From the NCBI RefSeq assembly GCF_003918875.1, contig NW_025767048.1, positions 868,001 to 932,000 on the forward strand: DNA of 64,000 nt, read 5' to 3'. This document shows positions 25,801-37,300 of the stretch, in pieces. How positions within the stretch are numbered: position 1 is the stretch's first letter; each line of letters opens with the position of its first letter. The notes under the pieces were generated by a model. It saw only the letters and a list, made by a program, of their open reading frames with translations. It had not been told where the DNA came from and did no database searches. The DNA is from Haliotis rubra. Its lineage: Eukaryota. Made by a program: the position numbers and the translations under genes.

Positions 25801-27780
25801 CGGTAATGTGTGCGCAAACAACGGTACATGCGTGGACGGCGTCGAGAGCTACACGTGTTTGTGTACGTCGGAATATACGGGCCAGTACTGTGACGATGTT
25901 CTTGGTTAGAATTATTGCCTCGATAGATGGCTGTTTTCTACCATCCTGTCTGACAATATCTGGAAGCCCTTGCAGTTGCATTAACTGGCGTGTCAAACAA
26001 AATATACATTAAGTATAGAACGTGAGTGCAAAATAATACCCAGGCTTGTCTATCCTCAGAATTCCGTTTCATGTAGAGGGAAAAAGTGAAAATTGTATGA
26101 ATGGTTCACTGAAAATCAGCGAGGACACCAAGTGTTCGTATAAAGAGTAAGCAAGTCCTGCCCTGTCGGTAGGTTTAAAACAACATTAACAAGTAAGTTA
26201 CGATTGTCGAAAACCGTGTACCATAGTGCAAGGAAGATGGTCGAAGCATCTTCTTGCTGTTGTACACGAAAGGTAATGGAGACGCATTCACCTGTATAAG
26301 GACATGTTGTTTTTCTGCAGTGCACGGGGAATGGGGAAGCTGGGGCAACTGGAGCAGATGCAGTGAAGAATGTGATGGAGGGGTCAGAAATCGTACACGG
26401 CGCTGTGACAATCCACAACTTCAGAATGGGGGGAGGGACTGTGACGGGGGCGACGACGATGTAGGAGACAGTAACACACAGGCGTGTCCAGGTAGGCGCA
26501 ACATCATTGCTACGTTAGCAATGCAATCACTCAAAGCTAAACGGAAATTCATGAAGAAATATATTATATTAGTTGTTGTATCATCTCTTTCCTATGAAGA
26601 AAGATCCGGGTTAGAATTGGTCTTCAGCAACCCATGCTTGTCGTTAGAAGCCACTAACGGAATGGTCATGTTCGGTTGTCACATGACATCCTGTCCCATG
26701 TACATTGATCGATACTCATGATGGCCCAGACTCGACATACAGCTGGAATATTGCTGAGTGCGGCGTTAAACAACATCAAATAAAATCTTTCCGATGACGT
26801 AATTATATAAGCCATTGTATACGTCAATATTTTGCATTTAAGACATCAGGAACAAATATTTCATAAAATCCAATTTCACATCAATTTGGTTCGTCTTAAC
26901 CAGGAAGCAGATGATATAATCTTTCCGCGAGAATCGTGTCATATAGCCTAATGTTGAAATAAATTTAAAAAATGATTAAGTTATCTTTAGTTTGCTCCGA
27001 TGTTGTTAAGCCGATGAATGGCACTTTTGACTGCGACACGAAAGGGAGGATGATGTTCTGCAACGTGAGTTGCGACGAAGGCTACAGCTTCGACATCCCC
27101 CCGCTGGACATTTACGAGTGCGGTGATGAAACCGGATATGTCTGGAACTTTAAAACTGAAGATAACCCATACCACAGACTACCAAACTGCATGGGCAAGT
27201 TACATCTTAATTTAACCATGCGATACAAACAGTATTATCGCTGTTGGTACACACTTATGAAAATGTTTTCTTTGTCAATGTTTTTGTAGACCTACCGTTT
27301 AAAATTTGAAAACGTACCTTTTTTACGCTCTTTGCGTAGTGTATTTTCGATGCCACTCACGCTCACCCCAAACCCTAAAAAGGACTTTAAATGGTATGAA
27401 CATGTAAATATTAGAGTATACAAAAATCCACATAGAAGAAATGTATATCCACAAATACTGTAAAATTGGTCTCCATTTAAAACGCAGAATCTTTAATCAT
27501 ACACCTCCAACGTTTGTAGAAATCCACCCAGCAGATGCACTAGACGTTCACTACACAGCCGAGTATACGGATCTGATTTGTGACGCCGCCAATGTGGACG
27601 AGGCAAAAAACAAAGTTCAAGAGGTCGTCCAAGCAGAAATATCCTCCATCCCCTGTATAATAGAAATACGTTGCCAGGTGACCAGTGTTGTTATTGACAA
27701 CTGTGAGGGGCAACAACGTAAAAAGCGTTCGGCGTCCCCCGCCGGGTTTACGGTGACGTTCGGAAACAGCCCTGCAACTG
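22812..27780 (+). pseudogene. Gene F: 5'-deleted and 3'-truncated SVEP1-like paralog (GCC2/3 x2, pentraxin/LamG, EGF x2, TSP1, CCP, SEA-like half)
   Basis: Exons 22812-22973, 23936-24097, 24287-24480 (194 bp, frameshift after WLKTQ), 24602-24768, 25192-25359, 25674-25904, 26321-26491, 26991-27194 (GC donor), 27520-27780. Same order as D and several identical sizes (162,162,231,171,204). No ATG/signal exon and no TM exon found. Confidence 0.8.
23180..23935. repeat. 41-bp minisatellite (ACAATTCTCTTCTATGTTGAAACCATTGTCCAGCAGAGTTT), about 17 units
   Basis: gttgaaacc recurs at 41-bp spacing (23282, 23323...). Confidence 0.92.
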
Positions 27781-28639
27781 GTGTGTACGGATAACGGATA
27801 TAGTGTCATGTTGTTGGTCACCTCCAGATGGCGCCATCTATACAAGGCAAGGGAGGTAACTGAGGGTAAAAATGCAGTTTCCACGCATGCTGAACTAGGC
27901 TCGAATAATGGAGCTAGGTATTGACTGGACTAACGGGTCATACATATACCAATCCAAATATCGTAACAAAATCGGCATCCGGTTCATAAATAACATAGCG
28001 ACTGTCGTGAAGATATTAGTGTAGTCAGTCAACTTCCTTGCCTCGGGAATATGGATGGTTCTTGTTTCTGATTCTTTATATTAAAAGGCCACTGATCCAG
28101 AGCGATTAATGTTTCCAGTCAACAGTCATATTAGGAAACCGGGCGTTTGGTAGTCAGGCTTTGTAACGATTTATGGCGTGGCATCTTACCCCGGCGGAAT
28201 GGGCCACCGCTCATAACATCAATCACCGGATTGTTTGTTCTGACCTGAGTATTAACAGGATGTCCTCATATAGAAGGAACATTGAGTTTGGCGTCAAGCA
28301 CATAGTGATAATTGATGACGTTGTCGTATCATTCGTGACCCATTCGTGTTATTCCGGGACAAGCCGAATACCGTTCTTGGAGTTTACGGAAAGGGCAAGT
28401 GTTGTGACGAATGGTTGTCGTATACGAGGAGATGTGAAGATTGTAAGAGTAGCCTCCCTTGAAACGCGATTCCCTTGCTCTGATGATTTTACGTTGCTCA
28501 TCTTTTTGGAAGACCTGGCTTAACCGACTTAAGAGTTGTTAATTTATCAGCAATGTAGCGGAAATTCAGAATGAGAACTTCACCTTATCACATATAGTCA
28601 TGTCGCTGCTAACAGATTTAACCCACGCCACTTATCGCG

Positions 28640-28930
28640 TATTCAAAACTGAACTTGTGCTTGTAAAATATTTGACATACACACTGTATTCCATTTTCAT
28701 TGGCTCTTAAATTTCTCTTGTTTAAAACTTCCTGCCATCGTTTACCTATAGCAGTAGGTAGGTGTCACAAAATTCAACCCGAAGAAAGAATGTGTAACCT
28801 CTGCGACACTTTTGATGTTGGCGATGATTTTCATAACATTTTTCTCTGCCCTTTCTTCAAACATCATCGGAAACCTTATCCCCAACCATTATGTTAAAAA
28901 ACCCACAGCGTTAAAATTTAATGAACTGTT
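28640..28930 (+). mobile_element. 3' remnant of a non-LTR retrotransposon (C-terminal CCHC region)
   Basis: HRLPIAVGR..ERMCNLC..GDDFHNIFLCPFF; resumes after 30596. Confidence 0.65.
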
Positions 28931-30595
28931 ATCCCCCGCCGCGCGTTTAGCGCGAAGAGGGGTATATAGTATTAGGCTCCGTACGTACGAATTGGAATAT
29001 CTTAAGAACCGTTGACTAGATTCTTTTCATATTTGGTACCTAGGTTCATCACAGTATAAGAAAGGTACCAGTCTGGTTTGGTAACCTTGACCTTCATTTC
29101 AAGGTCACAAGGGGACTTTAACGTTTACCCTTGTCAGCGAGATATCTCAAGAACAATTCACTTGATTTTCTTCATATTCAACACCAAGCTTTGTCTAGGG
29201 AAGGTGCAGGGCACATTTGCTTTTGGTGACCTTCACATAATTTTCAAGGTCATGGCGACACTTTGAAGATTTCAGCATGTTAAGCTAAATGTTAAGCTTG
29301 TCAGCGAGATATCTCAAGAACCGTTCACTGGATTTTCTTCATATTCAACACCAAGCTTTATCTAGGGAAGGCGCAGGGCCAGTCTAAGTAAACTTAGTCT
29401 CAGTACTATTCGTTACACTCCTCTACTGAGTCTAACAAACCCTAGTAGGAGGTCGCGTCAGGTAACCTTTGAGATTGACCAATCAGAACACAGCTTACCA
29501 AATCGCGAAAGTGGACATTCGCACATACCTTTTGAACTTTTACCTCGAAAAGGTTTGTACCCGAACGATTCCGAATGCTATTTTCCGTACGATCGCTTCC
29601 GGGTGATGCACATGGAGCACGCTACAACACTGTCAATAGTGAGTAAACAGTCGCTGAAAATATCCTTTTTGTCAATATTCAAGGATGTCAGCTTGCGGAA
29701 ATATTAGCTAATGGTAACCATGTCATCAGAAAGCCCTAAGCTTATATACTGCAGGTCAAATATCTGTGTTTTATGCGGATTTTCGTTTGTTGAGAGATCA
29801 GTGTCAGTGACTGGGGAATTTTGTAAGTCCCGCCGAACCCTAAACAGTAGCCGTTGTCTGATTGGTTAAATCCGTTCGGCCGTCTCGCGTTTGATTGGAC
29901 GGTCATAGGTCGCTCAAAGGTTACCTGACGCGACCTTCCACAAGGTTTTGTTAGACTCAGTATAGTAGTGTAACGAATAATACTGAGACTAAGTTTACTT
30001 AGACTGGGCGCAGGGCACATTTGCTTTTGGTGACCTTCACATAATTTTCAAGGTCACGGCGACACTTTGAAGATTTCGGCCTGTTAAGCTGCATGTTAAG
30101 CTTGTCTGCGAGATATCTCAAGAACCGTTCACTGGATTTTCTTCATATTCAACACCAAGCTTTATCTAGGGAAGGCGCAGGGCCAAGTAGATTTTGGTGA
30201 CCTTCACATAATTTTCAAGGTCACGGTGACACTTTGCAGATTTCAGCATATTAAGCTGCATGGTAAGATTGTCAGCAAGATATCTCAAGAACGGTTCACT
30301 GGATTTTCTTCATAGACTTTCAAGACTTCCCTTGAATGTTTTTCAATAAACAATTTCTTTGTTACTATTTTTACATATTTAATACACTAAGACATTCATG
30401 TCAAGGTCAAAGTGTGTGTTGAAAATATTTGTGTGTTTGAACAAATACAGAGCAAGATATCAAGAGAGGTTGACTGGTCATGTTTTGGTTGACATTTAAC
30501 TTCATCTTAAATTACGACCTTCACTTTCATTACTTCTTAGGTTTGATTTGATAATTTGCGGAGGGGGATTATGTCACCTTAGTGACAATGCTTGT
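28931..30595 (+). mobile_element. Non-autonomous Helentron-like (HINE/DINE-type) element with 168-bp internal tandem repeats
   Basis: Subterminal inverted repeats atcccccgccgc / gcggagggggat, 3' hairpin gtcaccttagtgac, T-rich target; repeat marker gagatatctcaagaac-like at about 29139/29307 and 30110/30278. Confidence 0.7.
29380..30006. mobile_element. MITE with about 94-bp TIRs and 8-10 bp TSD, nested in the Helentron-like element
   Basis: TIRs 29380-29473 and 29913-30006; flanking direct repeat (g)gcgcaggg(c). Confidence 0.9.
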
Positions 30596-31369
30596 TTAAT
30601 TGTAAACGATGTATATTTTGTAATAACATCATGAAAACTGTACAATCTTCCATGTCGACCATCCCGCCATCCTATGTACAGTTAACTGTATATTTGTATA
30701 CATGCCGAGTGGGGCGGTGGGGTAGCTTAATTGTTAAAGTGTCCGCTCGTCAAGTTGAAGACCAGGGTTCGATTCCTCACATGGGCACAATGTGTGAAGC
30801 CCATTTCTAGTGTCCCCCTTCGTGATTTTGCTGGAATATTGCTAAATGCGGCGTAAAATCATAGGCCGAGTATCCTGTCTGAACGTAATGAAAGTTCTGT
30901 TCTGTTCTGCTGTCCGATCGTACTTTCTTCTCCCAGTCAATTTGACACTAACAGCTAATTATTAAAAACCGACACACAACAAAACAATGAAACAAGTTAT
31001 GATCACAGTTTATCTAACACCCTTAATCGACTGATGTGCAATAACGGACTAAAACTAGCATTTTATATAAACACTCACTCACCCAAACCTACACATCTAT
31101 ATGTGCTACCTCACTTGGATCATCATAATAACTTACAACAATATTATACACTGCATTACACGTCCATGAAAACAAAATAGTATATATAGAGAGAAACACA
31201 CAGAGACAAAAGAACACATTGTAACTTAAACAGATTCGTGATATGTCACTAACCAGATTAACTGCACCCAAATAATTTGTTTACATCTATATCTACAGAC
31301 ATACACACTTCTGTACATTATGACGGTTACAACACTAGTTAATTGTGAAATCACCTCTCTGTGTGGGAC

Positions 31370-34300
31370 CTACTCAGTTGTCACATCCGACTGTGGGGGA
31401 ATCTTCACAGGAGACATGCTTGAGTCCGGCGGTGACTGGGCCGTTTGAAGGGGATACCACTGAAGCCATTTGAATTCGACATCATTTACATAATTTCATT
31501 ATGTACATAGGTTTCAGAAGGTTAGGTTATATATTCATCACCAAAAAGTATCAACGGGGTAATGTTATATAATCTGACCCACTATCTGTAGTTACATTCA
31601 TACTTTCCCTACCATGGTGGGCGAGCTGTCCCAGGGGTGTCGGCCCGGGAAAGCGAAATTTCAATATTCCATATTCCCGGTAAAGCGAAAACAAAGTTGT
31701 GCTAGAAGTGCCGCGAATTGCTATGAAAACATCGGATAACCGTACATCAGATTAGCGCGCGACCCCAATACTCGATCTGTTAGCCGCTTAACTGAGATGA
31801 AGTTTCAGTTGTTTCAAGTTTCAGCACGTACGTGGCCCTACTTAACTCTAGTTTTATTAATTCATGTAATGAATTATGATCCTGGCCGAATTTGTCAAAG
31901 TTACGTCAACTTTTTTCAAGGAACATACCTACCCTTATCTATCTACAGCAAGCTTGAGGTGCCGGGATCGAGTCCACCTGTTACCGGGTGTGAAAACCTT
32001 GGAGTCAACTTTGTGTGCAGACTCTCTCAGTGTTGTCACAAGCCCTAGTGTACAGTTCACAACCCCGTTCACTTAATAGAACCCACGAATCTGTTGGTAT
32101 ATGACCAGATGGTGGCCACATGAATACGTGCAAACACATCATTGCTGGTACAACAACGTGCAGTAAACTTGGACAAAGTACTGTGACTATGTGTCCCAGT
32201 CCACCCAGATGTGAATGGGTACCACGTTGGGATGGGAAAGCCACAATAACTCGGTGCACCTAATGGCTGCAAGAGTTGTATAATACCCAGGCGGTTGAGA
32301 CTGATAATACGATGTGCCGTTGAGATTGACATCCAATGATCGAAGGAAAAAAACAAGCGCCTTGAGCATGCACTAGTGGCGTGGATATGTGCGTTATATA
32401 AATATCCTATAATAATAATCATGAAATTGGCTGAACGAATACGCCGCAAAGAATGCCTACATAATTCTATTCCATGTGCGTAATGTTCACAACCCGAAGG
32501 ATAAATTATTGAACAAAAATTATACAAATCGACACAAACAATCCAATGAAGTTAATAGTCGCGATATAGTTGGCGTTTGGCATATTTGCGGTTTCTCAAT
32601 ACACTGAAATAATGGAATTGCTGCTTATTAAGTATTAATCGGTCTCACAGTCACTCAACCACATCATTTTCTCTTGAACCCGGGCTTTTCTGCAATGCTT
32701 AAACCCAAAATGAAGCAAGTCTGGTTTCAGAATCATCTCAATATTGACTGGGGCGCCTTTTCCATATAAAATGTTTTTTTTGTTTCTACCAAAGTAATAT
32801 AAACTAGCCACATTAAGAAACTGTGCATTGTCAAAATATTATCCCAGTTGATAGGTACGATAACAATGTCAAAGGTACATATAAACTTTAATGGAGGAAT
32901 CATGGGACCATAACAAGTCGGGAGAATTTCAATTGAAAAGTCAATCACAATGACGTCACGAGTCCACAAGCGGGACAGGGGTCAAACGACCATGTCACAA
33001 GCTAAATAACGGGTATGTCCACCATCGGCATTGAGAACAGCAGTGCATCGACGACGCATAGAGCCTATCAAACGTGCAAGAAAGGCTTGTGGGATGTCAC
33101 GCCAGATTCTCTCAAGTTCTGTTGCAAGGTCAAGGACGTTATCTGGCGGATGAGGAAGACGGCGTAGACGTCGATCCATCTCGTCCCAAACATGCTCTAT
33201 CAGGGAGAGATCCGGTGAATGTGCAGGCCAAGGCAGTAAGTCAACGTTGTGGTGTTGCAAGAAATCCATAGCAACCCTTGCCGTATGAGGGCGGGCATTG
33301 TCCTGTTGGAATGTTAACCCAGGGCCATGACGTTGCAGAAAAGGAATTGCCACAGGTCGAAGAATCTGATCCCTGTAGCCCACACCAGTTAAGTTGCCCT
33401 GAACAATCACCAAAGGAGTTCTTTGGCGTGCTGTTATTCCACCCCAAATCATCACGGAACCACCACCAAAGCGATTCCTCTCCAAGACACAGGCCTGTGC
33501 ATAACGTTCTCCCACGCGTCTACAGGCACGTTGACGTCCATCACTATGGGAAATGTTAAACCTGGACTCATCTGTTAAAACAACATTTCTCCACCAAAAC
33601 AAGGGTCTGCGGACATGATTTCTGGGCACCACATTCGGCGAGCTTGTCGATGACGTTGTGTCAGGATAGGCCGTATGGCGGGACGTCGTGGTCTGATCCC
33701 ATGATGACGTAAACGTTGTCGAACTGTGTTGGGGTGGATACGGCGAAGTCCTGGGATGGTTCGAGCAGTCATCACTGCAGTCTGAAACCTGTGGCGAAGA
33801 TGGGTCACCCTTATCCATCTGTCCTGTCTTGGCGCTGTTACACGTGGACGTCCAGAACGTGGCCGATGGATGACGTCATTTGTGTTCTGGTAGGGTCTCA
33901 CCAGTGCAGAAATGGTGTTCCGGTGGCAGTGGAAATGTGCAGCCACTTGTCGTTGAGACATCCCCCCACGGACCATCCCGATGGCCTCATGACGTTGTGC
34001 AGACGTGAGCCTTGGCATGCTATGCGTTTCAATAGCCGTTTAATTTTTTGAACGATCGCAAGGGCAGGGGTTGAGCTTTCCAAAGTGACAATATTGTGTG
34101 GCATTCATTTGCTCTGTTTATCTTTCCCGGAATGCACGTGCAACAACGTATTGCACGTCTCAAGGACGAACCCACTGACGTCACGGAACGTGGACATGTT
34201 GGATACATGTCACTAATCTCTGAGTTTAAATCCTTATGTGTCTACACAGGTTTGATAAATTTAGATTTTAAATTTTTGCATGCACAGTTTCTTTATGTGC

Positions 34301-37300
34301 CTAGTATATATACTGTATTTCAAAGACTAAGCGTTAGTCTACGTGAGAATCTACCTCCTCACCCCCTACCTCACTCACCAACTACCCCAACCCAGCCCCA
34401 CACTGGGGTGTCTACTTACAGGAGCACCTATGTTGCATGTGTCGTCAAGTATGTTCCCGGGAGTGTATGGTGGAGGACTAGGAGAACAGTCTGCCTTGTA
34501 TTTCTTGGGCCAAAGAGCGCTGCCGCTTCTCTTCACCTTGGTGCTGTCCGAATAAGATCATATGATCACATGAGATGTGGTTCAAGCTATTTCAATCCCT
34601 TATACAATACAAGCATACTCACGTGTAGTCCGCTTGTATAGTACTAGCATCTAATGCCAACATGTCATACTAGTATCTGATGCCCATATGTTATACTCTG
34701 TTGCAACCAAACGTAACATCAACATCCAGATTTTCCTACCCAAGCGAAAACGTTTAGACCTTTCGGTGATATCGTTCTCAGAGCTTCAAATGGCTGTGGG
34801 CGTGGATTCATGCCACAGATGTCTTTCTTACCTTATCAGCCTGCTAAAGGATGATAACAGCTTTGGTCATGACGGCAAGACATTTAGCCTGATGCTAATG
34901 AAGTTCTTAATTACCCGACTTGTTTGTCAACATAGTACACACATATCGAAGATTTGCTAGTAATTGATTACCCTTTAACTTTGAAAGGCACCACAATCAC
35001 CACGATGATCAACACCAGAGCAGACAGTGTAGGAAGCACTATAACCAGTGCAGTGTTTGGGGAATCTGTAAACCAAGTAAAGTATATTCCGGTATTTCTT
35101 ACTACATGCTGGTTACACTTAAATTATATCAACTGACAGATAGACCACTGAATGAGATTTTATTCTCTCGGACTTTCATCAGTACTTGGAGAAAGATGAG
35201 CTATTTCTCGGGCTTACCATCTGCAGCAGAATCAGGAGGAGAATGGCCACCATCTTAAAGAAATAAACGTACAGTGAACTAAATTGGGTATATGTTTCTT
35301 TTTAGTAGCGTTAACATTAATATTATCTGAGAGGAAAGTCGTCAACCCTCTTGCTGCCTAAATTCATGTACTGCATATTCCATCAGTATGGCAGATTTTT
35401 ACAACTGTCTGCTCCATAACTCCCTTAAGTGGCTTTTAGAAGCTAGTATGATGAAGTGGAACTGACTGACTGACTGAGTTTAGTTTTACGCCGCTTTTAG
35501 CAATATTCCAGCAATATCACGGCGGGGGACACCAGAAATGGGCTTAACACATTGTGCCCATGTGTGGAATCGAACCCTGGTCTTCGGCGTGACGAGCCAA
35601 CGCTTTAACCACTAGGCTACCCCACCGCCCCGATGAAGTGGAACACTTTTTGTGGATAGACAACTTCTTTGTTTCAGTAGTAGCAACTACTACTGCAACA
35701 AAGAAGTTGTCTATCCATAAAAAGTGTTCCACTTTGTCTGCTCCATGTCTGTCGAATCCATGAATCCTTTGTAATTTCCTTTGAAATCTTGTCTTGTAAT
35801 GTTCATCAACCATCTGATATAATGAAAAGCCTGTCTCACAGAACTTACGTTTCTTGCCTGGAGTTAGTAAGTGAGAGTTGAACAGTCTTTAAGTTATATG
35901 ATATTGACGTAGGTCATAGATGTCACGAACACAGATACAAGTACATACACAGAACGCAAATACATGTAAGTACACAGAATACAGCTACATACTCACTGTC
36001 TGACCAAATACGGGATTCCAACCGAAGGATCCTACAAAGGAGCCTTGAACATACGGGACGGTGGGGTAGCCTACTGGTTAAAGCGTTCGCTCGTCACGCC
36101 GAAGACCCGGGTTCGATTCCCCACGTGGGTACAATGTGTTAAGCCAATTTCTGGTGTCCCCCGCCGTGATATTGCTGGAGTATTGCTAAAAGCGGCGTAA
36201 AACTAAACTCACTCACTAACTCGACCAATACCCCTTTCATAAACATATGTTTTTTACACATACCTGTACTGCAATCACTTGCAGATGTTGCTCCTAAACC
36301 TGGAGTTGTCGTTCCTGACGGACATAGGGTACATGCGACGCTGGCAGGACGGTCTTGGTAGGAACCTTTCCCGCACAGGACACACACGCTGTTGTCCTCT
36401 CTCGTCCCAGCAGGACATTCACCTATACAGTACAATATGTATACAACTACTCATTACTAGAATACTGCAGCATAAATCAGAGCATTCTACTTGATTTGCC
36501 CTCAGGTCGTAAGTATATGTTAGCTCAAGTAACAACATAATATAGAGAAATAACTGTTGTTGCTATTGTGCTAATTAACTTCTGAAGAGTGTCAGACTAC
36601 TTTTTGTTATGTACTCTGTCTATGCGTTGTAATAATTTTCCCCTGTGCCAATGGACAATATGTCAGTGATGACTGATTCTGACTGAGAATTATATGAGTA
36701 TACATGCAAAGGCCGTGTGGTAGATTTCGACTAAAAGACACCGGAAGTGTACATCGACGCCTACTCTTCAATCAAGTCTCGTCCTACCACAAAGCCCAGC
36801 AGCTTCTGTAGGCACAGTTCCAGGTGGGCAGTTGATGTGCACATCCGTGGTTCCACTGTTGGGATCCACCGTGTACGTCCTGCCTCCCAGGGTCACTGTG
36901 AATATCGTATTGCTGTTGTTGACCAGCTGCTGGGCGGATATCTCGAACGTGGACACATCAGTGAAGTATGTCTTCAGCTGCCCGGAACCTATAGCGTTAA
37001 AGAGTGAGTGAGTTTAGTTTTACGCCACACTCAGCAATGTTCCAGCTACATGGCGGCGGTCTGTAAATAATCGAGTGCACCAGACAATCCACTGATGAGT
37101 TGAAGAGACTTGGACAAGATGGACACATCAACATGTCAGGAGGGGAAAGGTTAATGCAGGTTTTGGATGGAACCACAATAGATCGGGCTAATATGGGGTT
37201 TGATCGACAATGATATGATACTGGCATGCCTGGGAGTCGATTGTCCATACCGATGCCATTACATAGACACTGGCATCTGGATTATATCAAGAAATATTAC

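Noticed and set aside
35218-35253. MVAILLLILLQM (and MMTILLGILLQR at 6849-6884) as the signal peptide of a separate gene
   Set aside because: That frame hits a stop in the next exon in both copies; the phase-1 frame continues into the TM helix.
35997-36031. 35-bp candidate exon in D
   Set aside because: Good splice signals, but it would shift the frame before the TM exon; left out pending transcript data.
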